A stretch of 64,000 nucleotides of DNA from the human T2T-CHM13v2.0 reference genome, Homo sapiens. The number at the start of each line of letters is the position of its first letter. The first letter of the stretch is position 1. The translations under genes were made by a program, and so were the position numbers. Below the pieces are notes generated by a model. That model was given only the letters and a program-made list of their open reading frames with translations, made no database searches and had not been told where the DNA came from. This document shows, in pieces, positions 43,476 through 59,674 of the stretch. The stretch lies in the NCBI RefSeq assembly GCF_009914755.1, contig NC_060935.1. One strand, written 5' to 3'.

Positions 43476-45129
43476 TGAGGCTCACCCGCTTTCTAGCACC
43501 CACAGCCATCTTTCTGAGGCCCACCTTGTGGTCCTTAACAGAGCACTCTGTACATATTTCCGTTTTAGCCTTTGACTGTTGCAAGATTTCAAAATGAAAC
43601 AGGAACTTAAGGAGATATACAAAGGGCTATGATGCAGAGAAAGGAGAGGTCAGAAGAGGGAGACGTCGGGAGATTTTGGAGATACGGCAGGGAGAATTTG
43701 AGTGGCAAAAAGTGGGGGGCCACACCTGACCTGGAACCAGGACAGGAGCTGGGGAGGAGCTGGCATTCAGACCCATGGAATCCCGTCACCTCCCAAAAGC
43801 TTTTGGAAGCCCCTGCTATATATGCCTTGCTGAACAGTGTGGACCTACAGAGAAACACAGCCTGCCTGCCAGGGACTCGGGAGCTGGTGGGACAGTGGGC
43901 AAGATAACTTCAATACCAACTAGAGATATGGGCGGCCTGCCAGGAGGCTCAGTGCAGACAAGGGCACCTGGAGCAGGCCTCCTCCAGCCTCCAGCTCAGC
44001 AGGGAACTTGAGAAAGATCCCTGGATTCTTTAGCATCAGAAAGCCCAGATCTACCACTTATAAGTGACCTGCCTGGGCAACATAGCAAGATCCCCCCCTA
44101 CTTCCCCAAAAAATTAGCCAGGCATGGTGGCACACACCTGTAGTCCTACCTACTTGGGAGGCTGAGGTGACAGGATTGCTTGAGCCCAGGAGTTCAAGGC
44201 TGTAGTGAGCTATTGAGCCACTGCACTCCAGCCTGGGTGACAGAGTGAGACCCCATCTCCAAAAAAAAAAAAAAAAAAAAAAAAAGTGAGCCTCTTAGCC
44301 TCACCAAACCTCCAGGGTTCGGTGAGGCCCAGATGAGATAATAAAGTAAAAGGGCTTTGCAAGCTCCGGAGCTCTAAGGAGACGGGAGAGTCCTCTGATC
44401 TCCCCACGGTGTAGGCTATCGCTCCCATTTACTGAGCTCTTCCCAATTCTCTGGCACTGCAGTGAAGCATTTGAATACAGCACGCAATCTCACATAGCCC
44501 TCCTGAGGCCGGTGCTGTTGTAGTTGCCATTTTACCATGGGTAAACTGAGGCACAGAGTTATATAACTTTTCCAAGTTACACAGGCAGGCAGCCTGGCTC
44601 TGGAGCCACCCGGCTCTTAATTAGTAGCCTCCTCCTCACCCTGCCCCTAGTTCCTAAAAATCTCCTCCCTGCCCCCATCTCCCCAGTAATAAGCCTGTCT
44701 CAGCCTGGGAGGATGCCCTCTCTGTCCCCTTCTGTCCCACCCCGCACAACATGAGCACAAAACTGCCCCCACAGAGGCCTGCCCAAGGCGGATCAGCAAG
44801 GTCTCTGTTCCCGAAGCTGGGACTGGACACGGTGTCTGTCTCCCTCTGCTGGTCTCTTAGGGGACAGCCCAGCCGGGATGCTTTCCCTGAAGCTGGTGGC
44901 ACCTTATCTCTCCCCAACAGTGGATGCTGAGTATTGGGGAGGTTGAGGAAAAGGCCAGGGACACAGGTCAGGCTCTAACTTACGGGACTCCACGTTGCCT
45001 CTTGGGGTCCATGTTGCCAGAAGCCTGCCTCTAACAGGAGTGCAAAGGGGGGTCTTAGGGAGACCGGGCCACCTCCCTGATGCCTGCCCTGGGGGACGGG
45101 CCTCAAACAGCCTCCTTCCCCTTCTAACC

Positions 45130-45735
<606 letters not shown>

Positions 45736-45963
45736 TCATCTGCGCACAGTGCCTGGCAGTGTGGGCACATCCATTATCTCATGCCAGGCTCCAGCAGCTT
45801 GGGAGGAAGGCAAGGGCTCACATTCTCCTCTCAAGGCAGAGGACACAGAGGGCCCAGAATCATGGGGCCAGCACGTGGTGCCGCTGGAGGCAGCAGTAGC
45901 AGCAGCCTCTCTCCAGAGCCTCTTCCCCATGGGCTGACTCTTCTGACCTTAACCAAGAGTCTT

Positions 45964-46569
<606 letters not shown>

Positions 46570-47899
46570 AAGAGTCTTCTGAATATTTGCCAGTTTCTGG
46601 ACAGCAGGCCTTTTCTCTGTAATGTTTCCTTGCGAGACTTTCCTCCTGGGATCCTTGTGTAGATTCACCCTAGCTTTGTCCAAGCTGATGGTTTGTTTTG
46701 TCTCCAGTCCCGGCCCAAGGATACTGTAAGGATGACTCGAGCTGGAGGGGCAGGACGCAGCAATCATAGTCGCAGCAGTGCTAACAGCAGATTCTAAGAG
46801 CTGCGTAAATATTAAGTTACTCCTCACAACAGCCCTTTGAGGTGGAAACAGGCTTGGAGAACATAAGCAACTTGTCCATTTTTGCACAACTTGTTAAGTG
46901 ATGGAGACTGCGGCTAGGCTGGATTCAGACCTACACGGGCTGGCATCCACAACTGCATTCTCAACCTCAACAGACAATCGTGGGTTCAAGTCCCGAAACC
47001 TCTCTGAATTCCGTACTCTTCAGTCATTCAGCACAGACTTATTACACCACTGCTGTGTGCCAAACATCATTCTGATTTCTGGGAGAAATGCCAGGGAACA
47101 AGAAAGGCAGGGGCAGAGCTTGGCTGGGGGGCTGGCAGCACTTGGAATGCCACAAACTCATTACAAGCAGGGCAGGTACCCTGCCAGCTCAGAGCTGCCT
47201 TGCCTGCCTGGTTACCCCACAGTAACCATACAAATGCCAGTCCCTGTGTGTGCATGATGAGAAGAAAACAAGCCAGAGTAAACTCCTGAACCCTAAACTC
47301 CTCTACTCCTCTGCCCCTTCTGACTTTTAGTTACCCTGATCTGGAAAAATGCCAGCCATGAGTAATACTGTCTGTGCTCCTTTGTCTGTAAGGAGGGCTG
47401 CATGGGGAATCCCATGGTGGGACAGAGCAGTGCCTGGCAAATGAGCCCCACCAATGGCTTCTCAGCAACTGTGCTTTCCTGGCCAGCCCGTGCTCTAACC
47501 TCACCCCTCTCAGACTGTTTCATCCTCCAGGAAGCTCTCCCTCATGCTCCTGACCAGGTCTTCCCCAGGACATATTCGCAGAGCCCACGTCATCATCATT
47601 CCTGATCCTTCTCAAAGGTGTAATTTCATATTTACCTTGATGATTCTTTGGCTAATCTCAGTCTTCCCCCACTAGACCCCCGCCCTCCCCAGCTCAGGAG
47701 ACCGGACTCTGCAGAAGGTACCAACCACCCACACTTCTGCTCAGAGACTTGGCACTGGCCATTCCCTCTACCACAGCACTCCTTCCCGGACATCTGCGCT
47801 GTCCACTCCCTTGCCTCCTGCAAGTCTTTGCTCAAATGGCGACTTCTCAGTGAGGCCAACCTGGCTGTGCTAGTTAGAATCGAAGCCCTTCTCCCCTGA

Positions 47900-48233
<334 letters not shown>

Positions 48234-49997
48234 GGATTTTTGTCCTGTGCTGTCTTTCCCATAGTTAAAAAAGTGCATCCAGGATATGTTGAATGAATAT
48301 ATGTTGAATGAATGAGTGAGCATTAGGGTCTCAAGCTTCCATTCCATATCTGCCCCCCAACACATTCACACATACTTACATGCCCACCTGCTTATACGAG
48401 GCCACTGCTAATGGGGGTATGCCAAAGACCAAAAATTTGGTGTTTTAAAATTGTTTTTTATTTTCTTCATTATAGAGACAGGGTCTCACTATGTTGCCCA
48501 GGCTCATCTCTAACTCCTGGGTTCAAGCAATCCTCCCTCCTCAGCCTCCCAAAATGCTGAGATTACAGGTATGAGCCATCATGCCCAGCTAAAAATTTGG
48601 TGTTTGAAAGAATCCTGGCTAAAAAATTAGCTGGGCGTGGTGGCATGCACCTGTAGTCCCAGCTACTCGGGAAGCTGAGGTAGGAGGATCATTGAGCCCA
48701 GGAGGCTGAGGCTGCAGTGAGCCAGGATCATGCCACTGCACTCCAGCCCAGGTGACAGAATAAGGCCCTGTCTCCAAAAAAAAAAAAAAAAAAAAAAAAG
48801 CTCCTGAAAGAGCATCTCATTGAATCTGAAAGAGCATCTCATTGAATGGCCCTCATTTTATTCAGGAAAAAACTGAGGCTCAGACAAGGGCCTGATGCCA
48901 TCTGAGTAGGGCTGAAGCTGCATCCAGGTCCTTGACTTTCAGCACAGACCCCAGGTCCTCTTGGGGTTCCCGTACCTATCTCTCACCCACACACAGGGTT
49001 CCTGGTAGCTCCCAGCTCCTGGTATCCCCCTGTGTGCCCCCCTTTCTGCACCTGAAGTGGGTTACTGGATATGCCAAATGCAGGCCTGGAAGGGATCCTT
49101 GGCTCAGATTGGAAAGCTACCTTCCAGCCCCACAGCCCAGGGGCCAGAGGGTCGGGGGAGGCAGGACAGCTTCTCCCCCAAGCTGGGGTGGATGAGGGGC
49201 ATAGGGGAGCCTCGGGGCCCCTTCAGGATCACAGCATGTCAAGGTTGGAAGGGACCTCAGTGAGTACCTCCTACTCTCCCCAGCCCCCACCATCACATCA
49301 TACAGATGAGGAAGCAGCCGAGACAGGGAGGGATTTGCACAAATCACACGGGGGCAGGGACGTATCCTACCACAGCTCCCGACTTCCCGCTCTAGGCTTC
49401 TTGCTGTTCTAAGCCCTTCAGAAAGTTCCAACGAGTTCTGACTTTTGGCAAGGGGGTGGGAGGGTGACTGAAAACTACTCAATACGAGTCGAAAGAGTGT
49501 ATGTCAGCTGGGGGCAGTGGCTCACACCTGCCCCTGGCTGATATAAAAGGCAGACATGGTTCCTGGCCTTGTGAGGTAGACACACTAGTGGAGAAGACAG
49601 ATATGAAACATATGAAAAAAAGCTTATGTGTCCCTTCTCTTCTGCCTAGGGTCCTCAAGGTCATAGAACCCCATAACCCCATTAGGTGTCAGGGGCAGAA
49701 ACAGGACTGTGTGAAGATTCACAGCCTCCACCTCCCTTGCCTTCACGGAGCTTCGGCATCTACCCTTATTCCAGGCGGCTGCTCAGGTAATGAGTATGAG
49801 GCAGAGGTGGGAAGGCTGTCCTGGTTTACACGTGGTGGGGGAGGGGTCCAGAGCGCAGGATGAGGCTGAGAGCATGGGGACAACTGTCAAGCAGGGACAG
49901 ATGGGACTGTGGGTGGAGGGCTGGAAGTTGGATGTTTCTCTCAGCACTGTGCTAAGAGTGACTTAGAGACATCTCAGCTGCATTTGGCTCACGCTGA

Positions 49998-50581
<584 letters not shown>

Positions 50582-50636
50582 TGAGTGCCAGACCCTGTGT
50601 GAGGTACATACAGCAACAAACAAAACAGACATGGAT

Positions 50637-51262
50637 GCTGGGTGTGGTGGCTCACGCCTGTAATCCTAGCACTTTGGGAGGCTAAGGCAGGAGGATCGCC
50701 TGAGCCCAGGAGTTCAACTCCAGCCTGGGCAACAGAAGGAGACCTTGTCTCTAACAAACATTTAAAAAATTAGCTGGCTGTAGTGGCATGCGCCAGTAGC
50801 CCTAGTTACTCGGGAGGTTGAGGTGGAAGGATCGCTTGAGCCTGGGAAGTTGAGGCTGCAGTGATCTATGATCGTGCCACTACACTCCAGCCTGGGTGAC
50901 AAAGCAAGAACCCATCTTAACAAACAAAACAAAACAGAACAAACAAAACAAAGCCAAGGCCGGGTGCAGTGGCTCACGCCTGTAATCCCAGCACTTTGGA
51001 AGGCTGAGACGGGCAGATCAGTTGAGGTCAGGAGTTTGAGACCAGCCTGGCCAACATGGCAAAACCCCATCTCTAATAAAAATACAAGAATTAGCCGGGC
51101 GTGGTGGCACACACCTGTATTCCCAGGTACTTGGGAGGCTGAGGCACAAGAATTGCTTGAACCCCAGAGGCGGAGGTTACAGTGAGCCGAGATCGCGCCA
51201 CTGCCCTCCAGCCTGGGCGACAGAGCAAGACTCTGTCTTCAGAAAAAACAAAAAACCAAAAA
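50637..51262 (+). mobile_element. Two tandem Alus (J-like, Sx-like) interrupting an L2
   Basis: Alu consensus; repeat CAGACATGG on both sides. Confidence 0.8.
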
Positions 51263-51263
51263 C

Positions 51264-51990
51264 CAGACATGGTTCCTGCCCTTGTGAGGCAGACACACTA
51301 GTGAGGAAGACAGATGTTAAACAGGCAAACACACGCATGAAATAACGTGATAAGTGCTGTGGCTAAAACAGGGTCTAGCTAGAGTGTAATGGGATGCTGG
51401 TGGGGGCAGAAAAGACGGCACTGAGCCTGGAGGAAGAGAAGCACCGCCACGTTAGAAGGGGTAAGACGATGCCAAGTGGTGGGGACAGCTAAGGATGTGC
51501 TAAAATCCCCAGGTGGAAAAGGAAGTGGAGGGTTCAGGGAGCCCACAGGGTTGGCATGGCTGTGCAGGTGATCAAGGGGAGGCCACAGGTGGAGAAATGG
51601 GTGGCGGCGGCTCCTGCAGGTTCAGGGCAGAGTTTGGATTTTATGGCAACCACTGGAGTGTGCAAACACGGGAGAGGCATGACACAATGGACATTTTAGG
51701 AGGGTCACTTTGCTGCTGTATGGAGAGTGGCCTGGAGGGGGCAGGGTGGAGGCAGGAGACCACTGAGAGCTGTTACAGTCATCCAGGTGAGAGGATGGTG
51801 GCCTAGGCCTTGGAGATGGAAGAGGAGGGCAAAGTTGCCACCTGTTAAGTTGCCACCTGTTTGGGAAGCAGAGTGGTCAGGACTTAACTGAAAGACTGTG
51901 TAGGGGTGAGGGCGAGCATGAGGTCAAGGATGACTCCAGCATACTGAGCCGGATGCCCAGGGACAGGGGCACTATTTCCATGGATCCCCC
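51264..51990 (-). mobile_element. L2 remnant
   Basis: GGAGGCAGGAGACCA...AGCTGTTACAGTCATCCAGGTGAGAGGATGGTGGCCT; TCAAGGATGACTCC. Confidence 0.65.
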
Positions 51991-52413
51991 GGGAAGGGGA
52001 AGGGAAGAGTAACCTCCTCCCCCAAGGCTCCACGGAAGGGGCAAGGGCTGGTGACGAGGGGAGCAGAAGGGAAGGAGAGGGAGAAACAAAGTGTATGCAT
52101 GTATCCAAATGTGTACAATTATTATGTATCAATTCAACTCATTTGAAAGTGGGTCTGGAGAGCAAGGGTGGCAGAGATAAATATATCTTCTGCACTACCA
52201 CAGGACCTGAGGGGCAAGGCACGGGCAGGCCCTGCAGGAATACAGGGATGCCCTGGGCCCTTCCAAGAACTACCAGAGCCTTGGTACTGTGGGGAGAGTA
52301 GGGGTCAGTGAGTTTCTCCAGGACTCCCTTACATTTTACACACGTGGACCCGGAAGCCCAGGGGAAGGGGAATACCTTCCAGCTGATGCATCCCCACCTG
52401 GCACACAGTCTGG

Positions 52414-52702
52414 TTTTTTTTTTTGAGATGGAGTCTCACTCTGTTGCCAGGCTAGAGTGCAGTGGCGCGATCTCGGCTCACTGCAACCTCCGCCTCCGGG
52501 TTCAAGCAATTCTCCTGCCTCAGCCTCCAGAGTAGCTGGGACTACAGGCGCGTGACAACATGCCCGGCTACTTTTTGTACTTTTAGTAGAGACGGGGTTT
52601 CACCATGTTGGCCAGAATGGTCTGGATCTCTTGACCTCGTGATCCGCCCGCCTCGGCCTCCCAAAGTGGTAGGATTACAGGCGTAAGCCACCGTACCCGG
52701 CC
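52414..52702 (-). mobile_element. Alu (Sc-like)
   Basis: Alu consensus; TSD CAGTCTGG. Confidence 0.85.
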
Positions 52703-52733
52703 AGTCTGGGGTCTTTTAAAAATACAGACCCGG

Positions 52734-53437
<704 letters not shown>

Positions 53438-54159
53438 TCACAGACCTACTCCCCTCTCCAGGGGGCGGAGCCCACACCGCTGAGCATTTACTCTTGTTCT
53501 TCCCTCTGCCAGGGGCACCGTTCTACCCCTTTCTGCCTGGAGAAACTGCCGTTTTTCCTTAAAGGATCCTCGAAGCCGGAAGGAGCAGCCACCTCCCACT
53601 CCCGGCTGCTGCAAGCAAGCTGCTTTGACTTCTTTCTAGAGTTGGGGATTGCTGCTGGAGTCCGAGTCTCAGGCCCAGAGTGGGTGCGATGGTCTTGCTT
53701 GCACCCTGTATCCCCCGGCAGACGCCCGGGAACTCTACTAAGTGGGTGACCCCAGAGAGCTCGCCCCCACACTCCGACTCCGAGTCCAGCACTCGGTCCA
53801 CTGCACAGGGACCTCGCGCCCCACAGCTGCGTCCTCTCTGACCTTCGCAATCCGGTGCGCGGCCCGCGGAACGCCCCGATCTCCAGGGGCACGGAAGGCC
53901 GAGGCGTGCCGGGGGAGCCAGGAGCAGCTGGCTGGCGGGCGCCGCGGGCCTCCCCGGTCACGTGACACCCCGGACAACGTGCGCCGTCACGTGACGGCAG
54001 AGCCTGTGAGCGTTTTTCTCACGTGACGGAGGCGCCTGCACGTGGACCAATGGGGAGGCGGGGGCGGGGCCGGCAGGGGCGGTGCGCGGGAAGGGACCCC
54101 GGACCCGGAGGTCGCGGAGAGCTGGGCAGTGTTGGCCGCTGGCGGAGCGCTGGGGCAGC

Positions 54160-54193
54160 ATGAAGTGCCTGGTCACGGGCGGCAACGTGAAGG
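54160..54193 (+). CDS. RAD9A: RAD9A exon 1
   Basis: ATG...AAGG|gtgagt; MKCLVTGGNVK. Confidence 0.95.
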
Positions 54194-54275
54194 GTGAGTG
54201 CAGGTCGGCCTGGCAGCGGCGGTGCAGCAGCCGCGGAGCCGCCAGCCTAACCCCCTTCCGCTCTTCTCCCCGCAG

Positions 54276-54346
54276 TGCTCGGCAAGGCCGTCCACTCCCT
54301 GTCCCGCATCGGGGACGAGCTCTACCTGGAACCCTTGGAGGACGGG
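54276..54346 (+). CDS. RAD9A: RAD9A exon 2
   Basis: cgcag|TGCTC...GACGGG|gtgagg; [24 protein letters not shown]. Confidence 0.95.
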
Positions 54347-54768
54347 GTGAGGGGCTAGGGTGTGGGGGGCGGGTGGGACTCCAGCCGGGAGCGGGTAACC
54401 CGGACTAGAGTCTCGCCCCCACTAGGCGGGATGACCGCTGGCAGATTTGTCGGCAAAGTTTCAGTTTCTTAGTCTGGCGGCTGTCATCTTCCCAGGCCGG
54501 TGTGTGAATTGAGGAAAGCTGTCCTGCGAGCTCCCAGGGGGTGACGTGCACTTAGAGAAACTCGGGGAAGGCCTGGGTGTGCGACCCCTCCTCTGCGGCA
54601 GCAGCGCCGGGGCCGACTCTGAAGGCTTCCATGGGGAAAGGAGGGTTTTTCAGCAGGTGGTGGCGGAGCGGGAGGACGATAGGGCAAGTGTGTGAGCAGA
54701 AGCAGCCAGAGGGCTGGGTCTGTGGCTGCCCCCTGACCACGTCCCTCTCCCTGCTCTTCGTGGCCCAG

Positions 54769-54897
54769 CTCTCCCTCCGGACGGTGAACTCCTCCCGCTC
54801 TGCCTATGCCTGCTTTCTCTTTGCCCCGCTCTTCTTCCAGCAATACCAGGCAGCCACCCCTGGTCAGGACCTGCTGCGCTGTAAGATCCTGATGAAG
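54769..54897 (+). CDS. RAD9A: RAD9A exon 3
   Basis: cccag|CTC...ATGAAG|gtgagg; [13 protein letters not shown]...CKILMK. Confidence 0.95.
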
Positions 54898-55114
54898 GTG
54901 AGGCCCTTCCCTCAGCAGTGGCACTACTCCACCCCAGGAATCTCCACCAGCTGTGCCTCTGCCCTGGGGTACTCAGTAGATGCTAAGTGGGGAGAGAGAC
55001 ACGTGCAAGCCCAATCCATGCAAAACACAGGGAGGGCCATGGTAAAAGCATCACAGCGGGGACCTGAGAGGGTGGTGACGCTCAAGTTCGTCAAGAAAGG
55101 TAAGCACGTCTTTT

Positions 55115-55514
<400 letters not shown>

Positions 55515-55610
55515 TTACATGCTGGGCCCATGATGGGTGTGGGCCTGCATGGGACAGGAGAGCTTGTTGCAGAGATATGATGCTAGGCTGAGGTGTCTTA
55601 TCCCATGCAG

Positions 55611-55725
55611 TCTTTCCTGTCTGTCTTCCGCTCACTGGCGATGCTGGAGAAGACGGTGGAAAAATGCTGCATCTCCCTGAATGGCCGGAGCAGCCGCCTG
55701 GTGGTCCAGCTGCATTGCAAGTTCG
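55611..55725 (+). CDS. RAD9A: RAD9A exon 4
   Basis: tgcag|TCT...TTCG|gtgagt; [20 protein letters not shown]...LHCKF. Confidence 0.95.
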
Positions 55726-55805
55726 GTGAGTGGGCAGCCGGCCAGCCAAGGGGTGCCTCAGCAGGGAGGTCGGCGAGGCCCACTGAGACCCTATCGCCCA
55801 TCCAG

Positions 55806-55905
55806 GGGTGCGGAAGACTCACAACCTGTCCTTCCAGGACTGTGAGTCCCTGCAGGCCGTCTTCGACCCAGCCTCGTGCCCCCACATGCTCCGCGCCCCA
55901 GCACG
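55806..55905 (+). CDS. RAD9A: RAD9A exon 5
   Basis: tccag|GGGTG...GCACG|gtgagc; [20 protein letters not shown]...RAPA. Confidence 0.95.
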
Positions 55906-56737
55906 GTGAGCACACCCCTGCCCTCAGCTCAGCCCCGGGTCTCTCTCTTCCTTCTTTGGGGCCCCAAGGGGTTGATTTTAGAAGGTACCTCTTTCATTTT
56001 CCCTACAGAGTTTCTGTGAACCTCAAAGACATCCCATGGCCCGCTATGTGCTCAGGTCCTTACCTGGCTCTTTAAAGGCAGACGGTGGCATGGAGGAGGG
56101 GCAGGCGCCTCCTTGCTCCATTCTCCTTACTGTTAGGAGCCTGCATTCTCCATCCCAAAGGTCTGACTTGACTTTCTGGCTGCTCAAACCCATTCCAACT
56201 CCTCCTCTAGGGAGCACATTTCTGGCCTGCCACCAAATCTCTTGTCTGGCTTGAGTAACCTTGAAGGTCTGCCCATAACCTGTGGCTCAGAGGCTCAGAC
56301 CCCTTCTCCGGCCTGGGCATCCTTCCAGAGGTGTTCCCCATTCAACGGCAGCCTCTTTTCCTGACTGCCCAGGATCGAGGAGTCCCCAAGGCCAGGGCAG
56401 GAGGCTGGAGGGAGGCTGAATAATCAGCTATGGGGTGGAGCTGTTCTGGGCAGTCCGAGCACTGGGGGCTGTCTGGGGCCAGGGAAATGGGGACTCCAGT
56501 TGAAGCAAACGTCCCTGGCGAGGACCAGCTCAGAGAGGAGTGGGCTCTCCCCCTGCTCCATGCTGGTCACTGCTTGCATTCAAGTGGCCCAAGGTCCTGC
56601 TCATTTCTCAGGGTGACTGAAGATCCCTTTGGGTCCTGACATCTGTTTCCCCAGGTTCTTTTGAGCCAGCACTGCTCAGAGCTCTTTTGGGTAGTGAGAG
56701 ACGGGGGCCAATTCCTTGGTCTGCATTTAGGGTGGTG

Positions 56738-57345
<608 letters not shown>

Positions 57346-57355
57346 TTTTTTTTAA

Positions 57356-57426
57356 ATCCTTGCGCAGGGGCCTTGCTCATCTTTTGCATGCTTCAGTTTT
57401 AGTGTATGTGCTGCCGAAGCAAGCAC
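57356..57426 (-). pseudogene. U6 snRNA retropseudogene, 3'-truncated (about nt 1-74), in RAD9A intron 5
   Basis: Reverse complement GTGCTTGCTTCGGCAGCACATACACTAAAA...GGCCCCTGCGCAAGGAT matches the U6 5' portion. Confidence 0.88.
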
Positions 57427-57830
57427 TCTGTCTCATGAATAATTTCAAATATATGTAAAAGCAGACGCAGCTCCCGTCCCCACTTGACTTGAAACAATTT
57501 CCAGATGTGATTTCATCTGTATGTCAATGGGTATCCTTAGAGGATAAGGATTTCAGGGCTCTTTCTGAAGGCCGGGTTTGTAGGGTGGCCTGAGTGCCAC
57601 GTCCTGCCTCTGGGCCCTCTCCCTGGTCTGCATGGTCAGGTGCCGCCTGCCAGGTTTGAGCAACCACTGCAACCAGTCCCCTCCCTGCCACCTTCTCTGG
57701 GCCTCATCCACGGTGCGCTAGGCCTGCGCACATCCGTGCGTGTGCATGTGTCACCCCCACCTCAGGTCCTCCGAGAGCAAAGCCCTGGGCAGGGCCAGGC
57801 ATTTCGGGTAATGCTCCACCCTGTTCACAG

Positions 57831-57940
57831 GGTTCTGGGGGAGGCTGTTCTGCCCTTCTCTCCTGCACTGGCTGAAGTGACGCTGGGCATTGGCCGTGGC
57901 CGCAGGGTCATCCTGCGCAGCTACCACGAGGAGGAGGCAG
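57831..57940 (+). CDS. RAD9A: RAD9A exon 6
   Basis: cacag|GGTT...GCAG|gtgagg; [19 protein letters not shown]...YHEEEA. Confidence 0.95.
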
Positions 57941-58026
57941 GTGAGGGGGCTGGACGTGGCCTGGGACAGCAGAGTGGCAGGTGGGAGAGGGGCGGGGCCC
58001 AGGTTACTCCTGTTCTTCCCCAACAG

Positions 58027-58136
58027 ACAGCACTGCCAAAGCCATGGTGACTGAGATGTGCCTTGGAGAGGAGGATTTCCAGCAGCTGCAGGCCCAGGAA
58101 GGGGTGGCCATCACTTTCTGCCTCAAGGAATTCCGG
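58027..58136 (+). CDS. RAD9A: RAD9A exon 7
   Basis: aacag|ACAGC...TTCCGG|gtgagg; [18 protein letters not shown]...FCLKEFR. Confidence 0.95.
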
Positions 58137-58225
58137 GTGAGGTTCCTCCCAGGCGCTCGCCGTCCTGTCCTCCCTGCCCAGCTCAGCCCAGCCCGGGGCC
58201 TCACCTGCTACCTCTTTCCTCCCAG

Positions 58226-58290
58226 GGGCTCCTGAGCTTTGCAGAGTCAGCAAACTTGAATCTTAGCATTCATTTTGATGCTCCAGGCAG
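58226..58290 (+). CDS. RAD9A: RAD9A exon 8
   Basis: cccag|GGGCTC...GGCAG|gtagtt; [21 protein letters not shown]. Confidence 0.95.
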
Positions 58291-58377
58291 GTAGTTCCCA
58301 GCCTTGGGACAGGGAAGGGCTCTGGGATGGCAGGAGCTGAATGGGATGACCTAGCTTGGGCCCCCTCCCCTGCCCAG

Positions 58378-58515
58378 GCCCGCCATCTTCACCATCAAGG
58401 ACTCTTTGCTGGACGGCCACTTTGTCTTGGCCACACTCTCAGACACCGACTCGCACTCCCAGGACCTGGGCTCCCCAGAGCGTCACCAGCCAGTGCCTCA
58501 GCTCCAGGCTCACAG
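58378..58515 (+). CDS. RAD9A: RAD9A exon 9
   Basis: cccag|GCCC...CACAG|gtgagg; [30 protein letters not shown]...QAH. Confidence 0.95.
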
Positions 58516-59293
58516 GTGAGGGCACCTCCCCCCAACTCCTCCTCTCTCCATGTCTGTGCACTCCAGCCTGAGACTGCAACTCCTAGCTTCTGCACCTCCC
58601 CGCAATGTGTTCTCTCCCGCCCCTTCTCTTTCTATCAGGCCCCAGCCCCTAACCCTATAGTGCTCACAGCTGCCAGCCCTGCAGACTCAGCCTTCTCGGT
58701 TAGCTGTACTCAGAGACCCCTCCCACCCAGGGAAGCATCCCCAAGGCCCTGCCAGCTTCCTTCTCTGGCTGAGGCCGCCCCTCTGAGCCTCCTCCCAGGC
58801 CAAGGAGGGAAAGGGCTGCTGGGAGGCAGGAGCTGCCTGGGCTGGGGGAAGCAGGTGGCTGGAAGGGCAGGTGGGCTGGGGAGGATGGCCCAGTGCACTT
58901 TCAGCACAGGAAGTTGGGGCTGGCCCCCAGCCCAGCCTGTCCCTGGGCTCCTGTGCTTTCCAGCTCCTGTCCCCTGGGAAGGTGGGGGCTTGGGCTCCAT
59001 GTGGCCCAGTTCATAAGACTTGCTGCTCCTCCCTCCTAGCTGAGCTAAGGTAGCCCCCGGGATGCCTCCCTCAGGCCCCTACCTGAATTCTGATCAAAGA
59101 GATTCCTGGCCCACCCCCTCCAGGAAGTCACCACTTAACCCCTGCATCCTCTCCTCTCCAGCCAAATCAGGAAGTCATAAAACCAAGAGATCTCCAGTGG
59201 TCGGGGGCCCCAGAGCTCCCTTCGAGCCCTCCAAGGTGGGGCCCTGCCTCTGCTCCCCCAGTCCCCTCCCTGATACTCCGATTCTGCCTACAG

Positions 59294-59501
59294 CACACCC
59301 CACCCGGACGACTTTGCCAATGACGACATTGACTCTTACATGATCGCCATGGAAACCACTATAGGCAATGAGGGCTCGCGGGTGCTGCCCTCCATTTCCC
59401 TTTCACCTGGCCCCCAGCCCCCCAAGAGCCCCGGTCCCCACTCCGAGGAGGAAGATGAGGCTGAGCCCAGTACAGTGCCTGGGACTCCCCCACCCAAGAA
59501 G
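59294..59501 (+). CDS. RAD9A: RAD9A exon 10
   Basis: tacag|CACA...AAGAAG|gtaggg; [20 protein letters not shown]...PPPKK. Confidence 0.95.
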
Positions 59502-59578
59502 GTAGGGACTGGAGGTGGAGGCAGGGGTGGGAGGTAGGGAAGGGAGCAGCCTCCAGAACTCACTTGTTCTCTTTCCAG

Positions 59579-59674
59579 TTCCGCTCACTGTTCTTCGGCT
59601 CCATCCTGGCCCCTGTACGCTCCCCCCAGGGCCCCAGCCCTGTGCTGGCGGAAGACAGTGAGGGTGAAGGCTGA
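59579..59674 (+). CDS. RAD9A: RAD9A exon 11 (to stop)
   Basis: ttccag|TTCCGC...GGCTGA; [31 protein letters not shown]. Confidence 0.95.
   Translation, partial: FRSLFFGSILAPVRSPQGPSPVLAEDSEGEG

Noticed and set aside
46983-46993. GGTTCAAGTCC tRNA B-box-like motif
   Set aside because: No A-box or cloverleaf; adjacent to MIR remnants
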